Part shown: positions 41,547 to 54,350 of the stretch, one piece after another | Layout of the letters: each line of letters starts with the position of its first letter | Numbering within the stretch: position 1 is the first letter of the stretch | Source of the DNA: Octopus vulgaris | Taxonomy: Eukaryota | Length of the DNA: 64,000 bases | Direction: 5' to 3' | NCBI GenBank assembly: GCA_951406725.2 | Contig: OX597820.1 | Location: 21,266,001-21,330,000, forward strand | Made by a program: the position numbers and the translations under genes | Notes under the pieces: model-generated | The model's input: the letters and a program-made list of their open reading frames with translations, nothing else | Database searches by the model: none | Told to the model about the DNA's origin: nothing

Positions 41547-41769
41547 TATAAATGTTCTATATTTATGAGAACATTTCAATGTAAAATTACTGTTACAATA
41601 CAATGATATTAATTTAGAAGTAATTATATGATACATTTTCTCAATGCAAGGATCACATTTAAACTTACCAGTATCTTACGATGGACCCTTTCAAACTAGA
41701 GTTAATGTTCTTGTCTTTGAAATCCCAACCATATTTACTAAGCTTCATAGAATTACATTTTCTTCTTCA

Positions 41770-42077
41770 CTTGTTGTTTGTTCCTTCTCGAACCATGCCT
41801 GGCTCATAAGGGCCGGTTTCCCAGTTTCCTTGGCGTATAGGTACTCCACCTGGATGGGACGCCGGTCCATCATAGGTGAGCTGCAAGATGCAGGAGGAAA
41901 GAGTGAGAGAAAGTTGTGGTGAAAGAGTCAGCAGAGGTTCGTCATTACCTTCTGGCAGAGCTGCATGGAGCTTAGGTGTTTTGCTCATAAACACACACAT
42001 TGCCCGGTCTGAGATTCGAACCCATGATCCCTCGACCATGAGTCCGCTGCTCTAACCACTAGGCCATGCACCTCCAC
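41770..42077 (-). mobile_element. SINE family C
   Basis: Matches 32620-32925. Confidence 0.85.
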
Positions 42078-42159
42078 TCTTCTACACTTAGATGAATGAA
42101 AATGATTATGTAATCTAGATTTTCAAATTGTAGCAGACGAGCCTATGTAATAGCACACA

Positions 42160-42233
<74 letters not shown>

Positions 42234-42505
42234 GGGCTTCATAACTGTTTCTGTGTACTAAGTTGACTCAGAAGTTATTACTTGACCTGGGACTGTAGTC
42301 GAAGGCATTTGTCCAAGGTGCTGCACTGTGAGACTGAACCTGAGACCACATAGTTGCAAAGTGGGCTTCTAAGCCACAGATCCATACCTGCATCTATGGG
42401 GTCATGCCTGCACCTATAACCATGTCTATATCCTTAAAGAGATAATTAGCCTCCCTGGCCGTGAACTGAAACCCCAAATTGAACATGACAAGCAGGTGTA
42501 CTTAC

Positions 42506-43142
42506 CTATTTCTTTACTGCCCACAAGGGGCTAAACACAGAGAGGACAAACAAGGACAGACAAACGGATTAAGTCGATTACATCGACCCCAGTGCGTAAC
42601 TGGTACTTAATTTATCGACCCCAAAAGGATGAAAGGCAAAGTCGACCTCGGCGGAATTTGAACTCAGAACGTTACAGCAGACGAAATACCTATTTCTTTA
42701 CTACTCACAAGGGGCTAAACACAGAGGGGACAAACAAGGACAGACAAATGGATTAACCTTTTAGTGTTCAGATTACTCTGTCAAATATAATGCTTTTTCC
42801 TTCACACTGTTTTGAATTAATCCTGCATTATCTTGTAGCTCTGAGAATTTGATGATGTGATGGTTTTATTTTGAGGATGTCATGGTAGTATATGAGCAAG
42901 AGGCCAGATCTAGATGGTTTGACCATAAAAGAAGTAGAAAATTTGGGCCGGATATGGCCGGTTTAAATGCTAAAGGGTTAAGTCGATTACATTGACTCCA
43001 GTGCATAACTAGTACTTAATTTATTGACCCCGAAAGGATGAAAGGCAAAGTCAACCTCGGTGGAATTTGAACTCAGAACGTAACGGCAGACAAAATACTG
43101 CTACGCATTTCGCCCGACATGCTAACGTTTCTGCCAGCTCAC
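42506..43142 (-). mobile_element. Tandem family B SINEs, one interrupted by a TTAA MITE
   Basis: Units at 42506-42690 and 42690-43142. Confidence 0.85.
42757..42977. mobile_element. piggyBac-type MITE inserted in a SINE
   Basis: TTAA duplicated at 42753-42756 and 42978-42981; termini ccttttag / ctaaaggg. Removing it restores the SINE sequence ggattaagtcgatt. Confidence 0.85.
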
Positions 43143-43864
43143 TACACCACCAAAAGTAAGAGGAAAAACAAAAAGTAACTATGTACTGATGAGGCTTTTA
43201 TATAAGTTAAAATGTTTGCAGCTGTGGCTCCTTTCAAGTAAAAAGGAGAGATAAAATAGTTTCTAAAGAGAAGACATGACTAAGCCACACCACAACAAAA
43301 TAAGACATAAAACCGAAAGAAGATATACCGAATACAGTTATAGTTTGAGTATAAGTGTGAATGCATGGATTTACATTAGTGTGTGTGTGTACATAGATAT
43401 ATATCTTTTTTATTTGCATGTAAGTGGGTATTGTCTGGCATTACTTGTTTACTGGAGATGCAATTCACAATAGCATCATTAAAAAGCTATTTACTTGTTA
43501 ATAGACAGAGGCACTGCTGTGTGGTTAAGAAGCTCGCTTTGCAACCATGTGGTCTCAGGTTCATTCCCACCACACAGCAGCACACATACATCTTTTTTAT
43601 TTGTATGTAAGTTTGTATTGTCTGCCATCACAATTCACAACGGCATCATTAAAAAGCTATTTACTTGTTAATAAACACAGGCATTAAGAAGCTCACTTTG
43701 CAACCATGTGGTCTCAGGTTCATTCCCGCTGCACAGCAGCTTTGGCGGCTGACTTCTTCTAGAGCACTGGATTGATGAAACTGACCAATACTTTTGGGTG
43801 AATTTGGTTGATGAAGACTGTGTGGAAGCTTGTTGTGTATGTGTACATATGTACATACACATGT

Positions 43865-44165
43865 CATCATCATCATCATCAACAACATCGTTTAACGTCT
43901 GTTTTCCATGCTGGCATAGGTTGGACGGTTTGACCGGGGTCTGGCAAGCCAGGAGGCTGCACCAGGCACCAATCTGATCTGGCAAAGTTTCTACAGCTGG
44001 ATGCCCTTCCTAACGCCAGCCATTCCAAGAGTGTTGTGGGTGCCTTCTACGTGTCACCAGCACAGGAGCCAGCCAAGCGGCGCTGGTATCAGCCACATTC
44101 GGATTGTGCTTTTTACATGCCAATGGCACAGAAACCAGTTGGAGCAAGAGGGCTGGCATCAGCCA
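43865..44165 (-). mobile_element. RTE 3' UTR tail fragment
   Basis: Matches the terminal ~250 bp of the LINEs at 61-64 kb. Similar fragments lie near 5050-5420, 9540-9700, 22230-22440, 25205-25330, 34125-34320, 49715-49920 and 53290-53520. Confidence 0.75.
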
Positions 44166-44181
44166 CATTAAATTCACATAT

Positions 44182-44578
44182 CTTTTATTCTTTTACTTGT
44201 TTCAGTCATTTAACTGCGACCATGCTGGAGCACCACTTTTAGTCGAGCAAATCGACCCTAGGACTTATTCTTTGGAAGCCTAGTACTTGTTCTATTTTGC
44301 CGAACCACTAAGTTACGGGGACATAAACACACCAGCATCGGTTGTCAAGCGATGTTGGGAAGACAAACACAGACACACACAAACATATACATGCACATAC
44401 ATATATATATATATACATATATACAATGGGCTTCTTTCAGTTTCCATCTATCAAATCAACTCACAAAGCTTTGGTCGGCCCAAAGCTCTTGTAGAAGACC
44501 CTTACCCAAGGTGCCACACAGTGGAACTGAACCCATGTGGTTGGTAAGCAAGCTACTTACCACACAGCCACTTCTACG

Positions 44579-44581
<3 letters not shown>
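44182..44581 (-). mobile_element. SINE family A
   Basis: Matches 735-1146. Confidence 0.85.
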
Positions 44582-44640
<59 letters not shown>

Positions 44641-45698
44641 AGTGTGTAAGCATGTGTATGTGTGTGTATTTGCCTTGTTCCATCACCACCATCAGTACCA
44701 CTTAGCAACTGGTGTTAGTTTGTTTACATCCCCACAACTTGGCAAATTGGCAAAAGAGATCTAGAGAATAAACTACCAGACTGTAAAATAACTACTTGGG
44801 CCAATTTATTCAACTAAAACCCTTTAAGGTAGTGCCCCAGCATGGTCGCCATCCAGTGACTGAGACAAATAAAAGATAAAAGAATATTTAAAGAGGGTAG
44901 ACACAAGAAAAAATGGCAACTTTCTCCAGATGTGAACAATTTAAAATAACTTTGTATTTGAGTAAATGATAAAACACCAATTCCAATTCGAGCCAATTAT
45001 TTTCGCAGAAGACATCTGATTGTATCAGATGGAGAAACTATTTAACTTACACTTATTTAATTTCCCATTTCAGAAAAAAAATAAGTTACTCTTAGAAATT
45101 GAATATATTTATTTTGAGAGACAAAATTGTTAGGATATTTATAGTTGATAATAATTTTCTCAAAGATAAACATCGAAACAGATAAATGTTAAGTCAATCA
45201 CCACGTCAAAGTGACTGTTACTACTTGTTTAACCCCAGGCTGATGATCTGCCAGCTGGCTATCGGTGTGATGCTGCACCTTTTCATCATCATCATCATCA
45301 TCTTCGTTTAACTAATTCTAAAAGTGTCCCCCACTCCAAATAGTTCTTTGCAATCTTGTACAAAGCTGGTACTAATCTCAGACAAGATGTAAAATGTAGG
45401 CCTGGTTTTAACTGATAGCTGGCCTAGACAAGATGCAAAGCATAGAGCCTATTTCAAACTATTCAAAGATTTTAGTCATCATTAGTAAATATATGCTTCA
45501 TCTAAGGGTTACTGTTATGTAATATGTACTTGTAATACACCCTTCAAGAAAGTGCCCCAGCATGGCCACTGTCCAATGAGTGAAGCAAGTAAACGATTAA
45601 AAACAATCAATAAGCATTTTTTTTTCATTTTTTACATGTAAATTTCTGTTTTAATAATTCTTTGACTCTGAGTTCACAGAATAATGTTTTTGTTTCAG

Positions 45699-46022
45699 AT
45701 AGAATTTCGAAGAAATTACGAAGAAAGACAATTTAAATTTGATCTTCAGAAATTATCATCTCGATCCAATCTTCATAATCAGAAATTGCCATCTTGACCA
45801 TCCTGAGCTGATTTTCCTTTAATCAGTGACCAGACTATTAGAGTTCTTTATGAAAACTGTTGTCGCATTGTTCAAAATCCTATCATGCTTGAAACCTTCA
45901 TTAACATGCCTTTAGAGACAAATATGGTTTTAAACAGCCATGTGGTTCTTCTAATTTAAAATATATTTTTTTCTAATTATTCTTTCCTGATTAAGGGAAA
46001 AATAAAATGTATGGAATAATAA
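45699..46022 (+). other. Candidate terminal exon/3' UTR of the cyclase gene
   Basis: Acceptor tgtttttgtttcAG at 45698, followed by non-repetitive sequence and AATAAA motifs near 46000 and 46016. The reading frame depends on which splice is used. Confidence 0.35.
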
Positions 46023-46147
46023 AAATAATTAGAATTATTTTTTTGTTTGTGTTTAATTTAAATTGTTTAGTATTTCAGATGGTTTGATATCATAATACTA
46101 GGGAACCAGAAGAGATCAGAAGTATTCCTATCCAGAAAAAGAAGTTA

Positions 46148-46712
46148 TGAGGCTGAGTCAAAAAGTAATGCCATTTTGTTTAGGACAGGTATAATTACCA
46201 ACACAGGAACATGTATCATACATCAAAATGAAGCTGGTTCTCTGTGAATCACATCCCTACTTCTGAACATAGTCACTATTTCTCTCAATAGCAATGTTCC
46301 ACCTTCAAATGAGAGCATGTATCCCTGCCCTGTAAAATTCTGTTGACTGTTCTTTGAGCCACTTCACTACAGTTTTCACTTCCTCATTACTGGAATAATT
46401 TAGCACCTTCAGACTATCATCTCTTCGGCCCCATAAAAGAGGGTTTGAGAGGCAAACATTATTCCAGTAACAAGGAAGTAAAAATTGTAGTGAAGTAGAG
46501 ACTCAAAGAACAGTCAACAGAATTTTACAGGGCAGGGATACATGCTCTCATTCAAAGGTGGAACATTGCTATTGAGAGAAATGGTGATTATGTTGAGAAG
46601 TAGGGATGTGATCCACAGAGGACCAGCTTCATTTTGATGTAAGATACATGTTCCTGTGTTGGTAATTATACCTGTCCTAAACAAAATGGTCTTACTTTTT
46701 GACTTACCTTTG
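46148..46712. mobile_element. Mariner-derived foldback element (second copy)
   Basis: About 250-bp inverted arms with a ~60-nt spacer encoding LAPSDYHLFGP; same internal junction as 21319-21858. Confidence 0.88.
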
Positions 46713-47104
46713 TAGCATATATTTTTCTCCACCAGCTATCTCATATTTTTAATTACGTTTCACCATTTGTCTTGACTGTTTGTATAGCTTCATTTTGTAA
46801 GGGTAGACAGAAAATTTAAGCACCTTTCTTTCCAGTAACTAGTGAGGGAAGGAAACTGAATATTTTTTCTGGTAATGTTTACTAACTTGTAATTAAGCTC
46901 ACTACTTTGTGTCAAATTGGGGTGAAAATTTAACTGAAAATAGTTTCGTGTTTGAAAGATATAAATTAATTTCATTTTTATCTTTTTATAACTGAAGTAT
47001 ACAATTTTAATCTCTAGTTTTTTATTTTATATTAACAGAACCACTTCAAAATATACTACACAATTTTGATAACAAATTTTTTTGCAGAAGTGGTGATAAA
47101 GAAG

Positions 47105-47332
47105 TGATTGGCAGAAACATTAGCGCGCCGGGCGAAATACTTAGCAGTATTTCATCTGCCGTTACGTTCTGAGTTCAAATTCTGCCAAGGTCGACTTTGC
47201 CTTTCATCCTTTTGGGGTCGATAAATTAAGTACCAGTTATGCACTGGGGTCGATGTAATCGACTTAATCCGTTTGTCTGTCCTTGTTTGTCCCCTCTGTG
47301 TGTAGCCCCATTATGGGCAGTAAAGAAATAAG
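47105..47332 (+). mobile_element. SINE family B
   Basis: Matches 2578-2810. Confidence 0.85.
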
Positions 47333-47516
47333 AAATGGTGATCAAGAGGAACATATTTTAGGGAATGTTAAAATATAAGTATTATTGAGAGATTTGGTAA
47401 CACATGTGTACATTTTTTTTTTCTATCAATTGTTATTCTATTCCATCAGGAAAAAATCCTACAAGCCTTTCCTTTATATATATGGAACACATGCAATGAA
47501 ACCAACTTACCTTGTT

Positions 47517-47935
47517 CAGCGATATACCCCTACAGAAATCCCTTGACTATTGGAGAGCTTGTCGCAGGGTGGAGAAACATTGGTTGCCTGAAGCTGAGGT
47601 ACAGGGATGTGTGCAAGAGGGATATGAAGGCACTTGGCATCAACACCAATTCCTGGGAGGATCTTGCAGCCAACCAAACTATCTGGAGAGGCACTCTTCA
47701 CAGACAACTGCAGACCAGCGAAGAGAATTACAGGGTGGCGGCAGCTGAAAACCAAGTTCGCAGAAAAGAAATGACAGCCAACAGACCGGATTCAATGTAA
47801 AGGTGTGACCTCAGCAAACGAGACTGCCACTCTCACATCAGTTTCTACAGCCACAGGAGGCATTGCAAAAACTGAATAGACAACTCAACGGACGGATGAC
47901 ATCATCCATGGTCAGCCATCACCGATGGAGACCTA
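47517..47935 (+). mobile_element. RTE (BovB-like) LINE 3' end
   Basis: GELVAGWRNIGCLKLRYRDVCKRDMKALGINTNSWEDLAA..IWR followed by a C-terminal C..C..SH...C zinc-finger remnant. Confidence 0.85.
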
Positions 47936-48333
47936 AGGGGAACGCAGGTGTTGCATTCCAAAACCTCCCACAGAAATAATTAAAATCTAAGAACATATAA
48001 ATACCTATCAACTACAGAAACCCATGATATACTGAGGATTCCATCATATAAATTCTCATACATTAGCCAGAAAAATCTGCAATGTACTAAGTGTGTGATA
48101 GGTAAAACTCAAAGTACTGAGTGCTTGATAGGTGAACCATGATAGGTGAGGGATTACTGTATTTTGTTACTAAATGTATTTGACTTAATGATATAGATTT
48201 TTTACATAATTTATTTTTAATATTGTGGAAACCACTTATGGTGGTTACTTTGAGATGAAGGCTTTTCAATAGCAATAACTGGCTGACAACAGTTAAGCAG
48301 ACAAAGAATCTTTTAGTTTTCACCAGTAAAATC

Positions 48334-48532
48334 TCTCTTTACTCTTTTACTTGCTTCAGTCATTTGACTGTGGCCATGCTGGGGCACTGCCTTTTGTCGA
48401 CCAAATCGATCCCTGGACTTATTCTTTGTAAGCCTAGTACTTATTCTAGAGGTCTCTTTCGCCAAACTGCTAAGTTACAGGGACGCAAACACACCAGCAT
48501 CGGTTGTCAAGCGATGGTGGGGGGACACACAA

Positions 48533-48564
<32 letters not shown>

Positions 48565-48727
48565 GGCGGGTTTCTTTCAGTTTCTGTCTACCAAATCCAC
48601 TCACAAGGCTTTGGTCGGCCCGAGGCTATAGTAGAAGACATTTGGCCAAGGTGCCATGCAGTGGGACTGAACCCGGAACCATGTGGTTCGTTAGCAAGAT
48701 ACTTACCACACACCCACTCCTACGCCT
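48334..48727 (-). mobile_element. SINE family A
   Basis: Matches 735-1146. Confidence 0.85.
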
Positions 48728-49335
48728 ATAATCTGTTCACAAGAGTTTCGTTGGTTCAGCATTATAGTAGAAAACATTTTTCCAAGCTGCTGTGCGGTAG
48801 GACTGAACACAGATAGCAGGCTTCTTAACTTCACAATTACACAACCACACAGCCATGCCTGTGCCTGGTATTTTTCTTATTAATTCCTCACTGATTACTT
48901 TTCTAAGATTATACACAATAATACTTTGTTCTTTAAAACATTTTTGTTATTTAATATCTCCAATTAATTAAATAACTCTTTCAAACTATATGAACGATCA
49001 TTATAATGACTAGTTTATTTCTGAAACTGTTTCAAGTTAGGCAAAATATATTTCAGAGCAAACTCATTGAAAACCCACCGTTCTGAGGAAACAGAATTTC
49101 AAAGTATGCAAAGCACACTTGAGCTTTCACAATGAATTCAACAGTCACTATAAAGAAGTGGCTGTGTTCCTGACAGGATTACAAAATTTCTCTCTTTCTC
49201 TGTTTAGGGTTAGTAAAAGGGGAGCCGTGGGGTTGAAATGGCAGCCTACAGATATCTTTTCATTAAATAAATGAATAATGAATGAGGTTTGAAGTTGCTT
49301 GATTTACTGATTGCAAGATTATACAGCTGACATCT

Positions 49336-49718
49336 GTCATCATCATCATTGTTGTTGTTGTTGTTGTTGTTGTCATCACCGTCATCATCATCGTCATCAT
49401 TGTCGCTGTCACCATCATCATTGTCATATTCATCCTCCTTCTCCTTATCATCATACTCATCATCAGTCTCCTCCTCCTCTTCTTCCGCCTTCTCTTCATC
49501 ATCATCATCATCATCATCGTTATCGCTGTCACCATTGTCATTGTCATATTCATCATTCTTCTCCTCCTCCTCCTCCTTATCATCATCGTCCTCTTCATCC
49601 TCCTCCTTATCATCATACTCATCATCATTCTCATCCTCCTCTTCTTCCTCCTTCTCTTCATTGTCGTCATCATCGTCGTCGTCATTGTCATCATTGTCAT
49701 CGTCATCATCATCATCAT
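49336..49718. repeat. (CAT/CCT)n microsatellite
   Basis: Seen directly; continuous with a minus-strand RTE tail. Confidence 0.95.
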
Positions 49719-50007
49719 TTAACGTTTGTATCCTATGCTCGCATGTATTTGACAGTTCAACAGGATCTGACAAGCCAGAGGGCTGCATTGGGCCCCATTG
49801 CCTACTTTGGCAAGGTTTCTATGGTTGAATGCCCCCTCGCTAATGTCAATCACTTTACAGAATGTACTAGGTGCTATTTTTTTTTTCTGTGGTACTAGAA
49901 CCATTGAAATCAGCAAATAACTTGAAAAACAAGACCCTCGATAGGGTAGATGTGAAGTATTGAGAGAGGTGGGTTTTATACCTGGTGTTCAAAGGCTGAA
50001 TTATCAT

Positions 50008-50232
50008 GGCGGTGAGCTGGCAGAAACGTTCGCGTGCCGGGCAAAATGCTTAGTGGTATTTCGTCTGTTGTTACATCCTGAGTTCAAATTCTGCCGCGGT
50101 CGACTTTGCTTTTCATCCTTTCAGGTTCGATAAATAAAGTACCAGTTACACACTGGAGTTGATGTAATCGACTTAATCCCTTTGTCTGTCCTTGTTTGTC
50201 CCTCTATGTTTAGCCCCTTGTGAGCAGTAAAA
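50008..50232 (+). mobile_element. SINE family B
   Basis: Matches 2578-2810. Confidence 0.85.
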
Positions 50233-50650
50233 TTATATAAAGGCTGAAGTATCATAACTTGTAAATGAGAAGTTTTATAAGCAACTTCTCCAGCAGATGT
50301 CTTGCTGTAGATGAGATTCTTACCTAGCCCAGTAGGAAAAGCAGAAAGAGATGTTGGGTCATATCCTCAATGTACAAAATGGTGGTTAAAGAGAGAATAG
50401 GAACTGAGGATTGAGAACGTTTCGGCAGGTAGGTAAGTTCACAGGTGGGAAAGGAGGATGTCAAATGGTAGAGATGAGTATAGAAGCGAATTCAGTGAAT
50501 GTTGAACATTGATGGAGCTGTGAACAATGGTGAATCTCAGTCTGGGGTTAAATAAGGTAAGCAGGAGTTGGTTAGAGAGGAAGAAGTGAAAGGTGGTAAT
50601 GCATGAAATGTTGGGGAATGCAATTTTGAATAGTGTTATGGTAAGGTTCT

Positions 50651-51130
50651 TTAACCCTTTTGTTACTGTATTTATTTTGAGATGCTCCGTGTTTCTTTCA
50701 ATTATTTTAAATATAACAAAGAATTTAGTAAAATAACTTAGTTATCATTCAGCTAGTATTAGGAATATAAATTGTGACTAAGGTTTGGTGGAAGATTTTA
50801 ATTAAAAACTTATGAAAACAAGACATTTGTACTCAGAGCCAGAGCCAGTTTCTGCCAGGTTGGTAATGAAAAGGTTAAGAATTGTTTCTCTATTATATAT
50901 TTTAACCCTTTTGTTACCATATTTCTGTTGAGATATTCTGTGTTTCTTTCAATTAATTTTAAATATAACAAAGAATTTAGTAAAATAACTTAGTTATCAT
51001 TAAGCTAGTGTTGGGAACATAAATTGGGACTAAGGTTTGGTGGAAGATTTTAATTCAAAACTTATGAAAACAAAACATTTGTACTCAATGCCAGAGCCGG
51101 TTTCAGCCGGGTTGGTAACGAAATGGTTAA
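50651..51130. mobile_element. Two adjacent TTAA-flanked MITE copies
   Basis: 50651-50878 and 50902-51130 are near-identical ~228-bp units reading ttaacccttttgttac...ggtaa(t/c)gaaa(a/t)ggttaa. Confidence 0.8.
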
Positions 51131-51885
51131 TATTTAATTAGCAGAAAATGGTGAGCTGGTGGAATCGTTAGCATGCCAGGCAAAATGCTTAGCAGCATTT
51201 CATCCATCTTTACTTTCTAAGTTCAAATGCTGCCATGGTTGACTTTGCCTTTCATCCTTTCAGAGTTGATAAAATAAGTACTTATTGAGTGCTGAGGTTG
51301 ATTCAATTGACTTAACCATCCCCCAAAATTACTGGTAATTTGCCAAAATTTCAAACCAATATTTAATTAGCAGAGGAGGGCAAGGATATGCAAAAGGCTT
51401 GGTAGCATTTCATCTGTCTTGTCATTCTGAGTTCAAATTCTGCCTTTCATCTTTTTGAGATTGATAAAATAAGTATCAGTTGAACACTGGAGTTAATGTA
51501 ATCAACTTACCCCCTCTCCAAAACTTCTGGTCTTGTGTCAAAATTTGAAATCAATGTTTACTTGTACAGAGGGTTGCTTAGGATGACCAGAGTAGATACC
51601 ACCAAATGGTGAAATCAGTGACACGCTGCAAGAACACTTGCTCTTCGTACCTGATCTATCACTCACAAGCCTTTATGACCTGGTAGCATGTACCATGTTT
51701 TCACTAACTGGTTTTTATATGACCAAATATGGTCAGCTCTCACACCAACTGACCCAGCAGAATATTAAGGATGTGATCTGCCACACACAAGCTTATATGA
51801 CCTGGTAGCATGCACCATGTTTTCACTAACTGGTTTTTATGTGACTATATAGTTGTGACCAAATATGGTCAGCTCTCACACCAAC

Positions 51886-52140
51886 TGGTGGAGGAACGTG
51901 GCTTAGTGGTTTGGGAGTCAGCACCATGATCGTAAGATTGTGGTTTTGATTCTTGGACCAAGTGACACGTTGTGTTCTTGAGCAAGACACTTCATTTCAC
52001 ATTGCTCCAGTCCACTCAGCTGGCAAAAATGAGTAACGCTGCGATGGACTGGTGTCTCATCCAGCTGGGGAACACATATGCCATAGAAACCAGGAAACTG
52101 GGCCCATGAGCCTGGCTAAGCTTTAAAAGGGCACATTTAT
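51886..52140 (+). mobile_element. tRNA-headed SINE with family D centre and family C-like tail
   Basis: CORE-like centre followed by gcgatggactgg..catccag..gaaaccaggaaact..atgagcctggc. Confidence 0.65.
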
Positions 52141-52267
52141 TTATTATTATCTCACAACAACTAACCCAGCAGAATATTAAGGATGTGATAATCGGGGAGA
52201 AAAGGTACTGTTCTAGCCTGAGGGTGGGACATATTTTTAGCTAAGTAGACAGGAGCAATGCATTATG

Positions 52268-52391
52268 CAATACCTTGCTCAATGGTATCACCTGGTCCAG
52301 TAACTGAACAATACCTTGCTCAATGGTATCACCTGGTCCAGTAACTGAACAATACCTTGCTCAATGGCATCACCTGGTCCAGTAACTGAAC
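52268..52391. repeat. 41-bp tandem repeat x3
   Basis: caataccttgctcaatggtatcacctggtccagtaactgaa repeated three times. Confidence 0.9.
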
Positions 52392-53667
52392 CCACAAAAT
52401 TATAACCAACAGTGCAACACTCTAACTACAAGGCCATGTGCTTAGCAGTCAAAATTAAATAAACTTGTTATAAAGTTGATATACTTTTAAAATTAAAGAT
52501 TATATCTTAGTATAGTCTTCCATAAAGATTGTATCTCAGTATAGTCTTCCATAAACTATGCAGCAACATCTGTTGTTTGCTAAATGCAATGGAATGTGAG
52601 CTTTGCCCAAACAATTTCTGTGTTCCAATGTTTACCCTAAATTATTTCTTCTCATATTAACAAAAGCATCAGGAATGCTTGAACAAAAAAAACAAAAAAA
52701 AATTGGCACCATTTACAAGGAAACAACAGACTTCAGAATAAACAGATTTGAACATTTAGCACTTGTATTATCAGATACTTCAGAAACTTAAATTTTACAG
52801 TAAATTTATCAGTAAAACTTCAGTTAAAACTTTTAACGAGCAATTAGTTTTCCTGTTTATTTTTATACAATTTTACTTGAGAGTATGTGTGGTCCCAGTT
52901 CCACCAAAACTGGAGGCGACTTGAGTCAGATGAAACCTTAAATCTTTGGTTGAAAGAATCACATGATCTGCCTAAAGGTTTTAGTCTAAAAATTATTTGA
53001 GAGTAAAATTTATTTATTCTTATAGGAAAGTAAATAGTGTTATGTTTTGCTATATAGTCTTTGGTTTATAGTATTTGCTCTTTTTTCTTTCTTTCTTTCT
53101 TTCTTTTTTTGTGTGTGGCTGCATTAAAAAGATCTGGTATATATTCCAAGGATTTAATTTAAAACATTTTCATCATCAATAGAAATATTATTATTTCTAA
53201 GTGGTTCTGGATATTAATAGTTATCACGAAGCTAATATATATTTATGGACTGCCATATTAGCTTGGTGATAACTATTGGTATTCTCATCATCCTCATCCT
53301 CAATTTAAGTCTGTCTGCCATGCTGACATGAGTTGGAGGATTCAACAAGATTCAACAAACCAGAGGAGTGCATTGAGCTCTAATGTCTACCTTGACATGT
53401 TTGTGACAGCTGGATGCCCTTCCTAATGCCCACCACTTTACAGAATATACTGGATATGTTATCTTCGTTTTTGTGGCACTGACACTAGGGAGGGCACCAA
53501 GTAACTCACAAAACAAACCCCTCAACTGAGTGGGGTTGTTGTAGTGATGCCAGGTGTTGAGAGGCTAGACTATGACAGAGGAATAAACACAATATTCTTC
53601 TCATCAAATTTAGGGATGAGTGAAGCCTATAAAGTTTATAAGGCGAAATACCTAAGTAGATATAAAA

Positions 53668-54350
53668 ATAATAATAATAATGAAATTATTGTGTATAGAG
53701 CTCAGGCGCACCACAACTTGTCAAAAGTGCATATAAAGCATATGCAGTAATGTACAAATGTCTGGAAAGTGAACAGTGTATCAGCCAGATACATGGAGAG
53801 GAGAAAATCAGGTGTAGTGTTGGCGAATCTCAGGAAGCATGGAAGTTTTGAAGGATGCAGTGCTCCGACAACTAACAACTGATGCCGGCAGTTTGTTCCA
53901 TACTTCAGCAACTCTCAGCGTGAAAAAATGTTTCCGAAAGTCATGGGAGCTGTGCTGTTTTCTGACTTTGTAAACATGTCCACGGGTGTTAGACAGGTGG
54001 AGTTTGAAAAGGTGCTCAGAGTTATTGTTGGTAAGATGGTTAATAATTTTATGGGTGTCTGTCAAGTCACCTGCCAGACGTCGGAGTTTCAATGTATCCA
54101 TGACCAGGGAAGTAAGGTGTTCAGAATATGGCAAATGCCTGATGGAGGGTATTCTCTTGGTTGCACGTCACTGAATGGTTTCCAGACGATTAATATCCTG
54201 GGAAAGATAGGGATTCCAGACCGGTGATGCAAATTCCAGGTGAGGCCGCACCATAGCTATATAAAGCCTCAGATAAATAGCCGGAGAGCGGCCCACAAAG
54301 GACTTGGTAAGTGATGACAAGACACCCTCTGTCTTCTTGGCAATTTTAGC
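53668..54350 (-). mobile_element. CR1-clade LINE 3' fragment
   Basis: LYIAMVRPHLEFASPVWNPY..RATKRIP..LKLRRLAGDL..TRGHVYKV..FFTLRVAEVWNKLP; (ATT)n tail. Confidence 0.88.

Noticed and set aside
52268-52391. CRISPR-like 41-bp repeats
   Set aside because: Units are contiguous with no spacers, there are no cas genes, and the context is eukaryotic.
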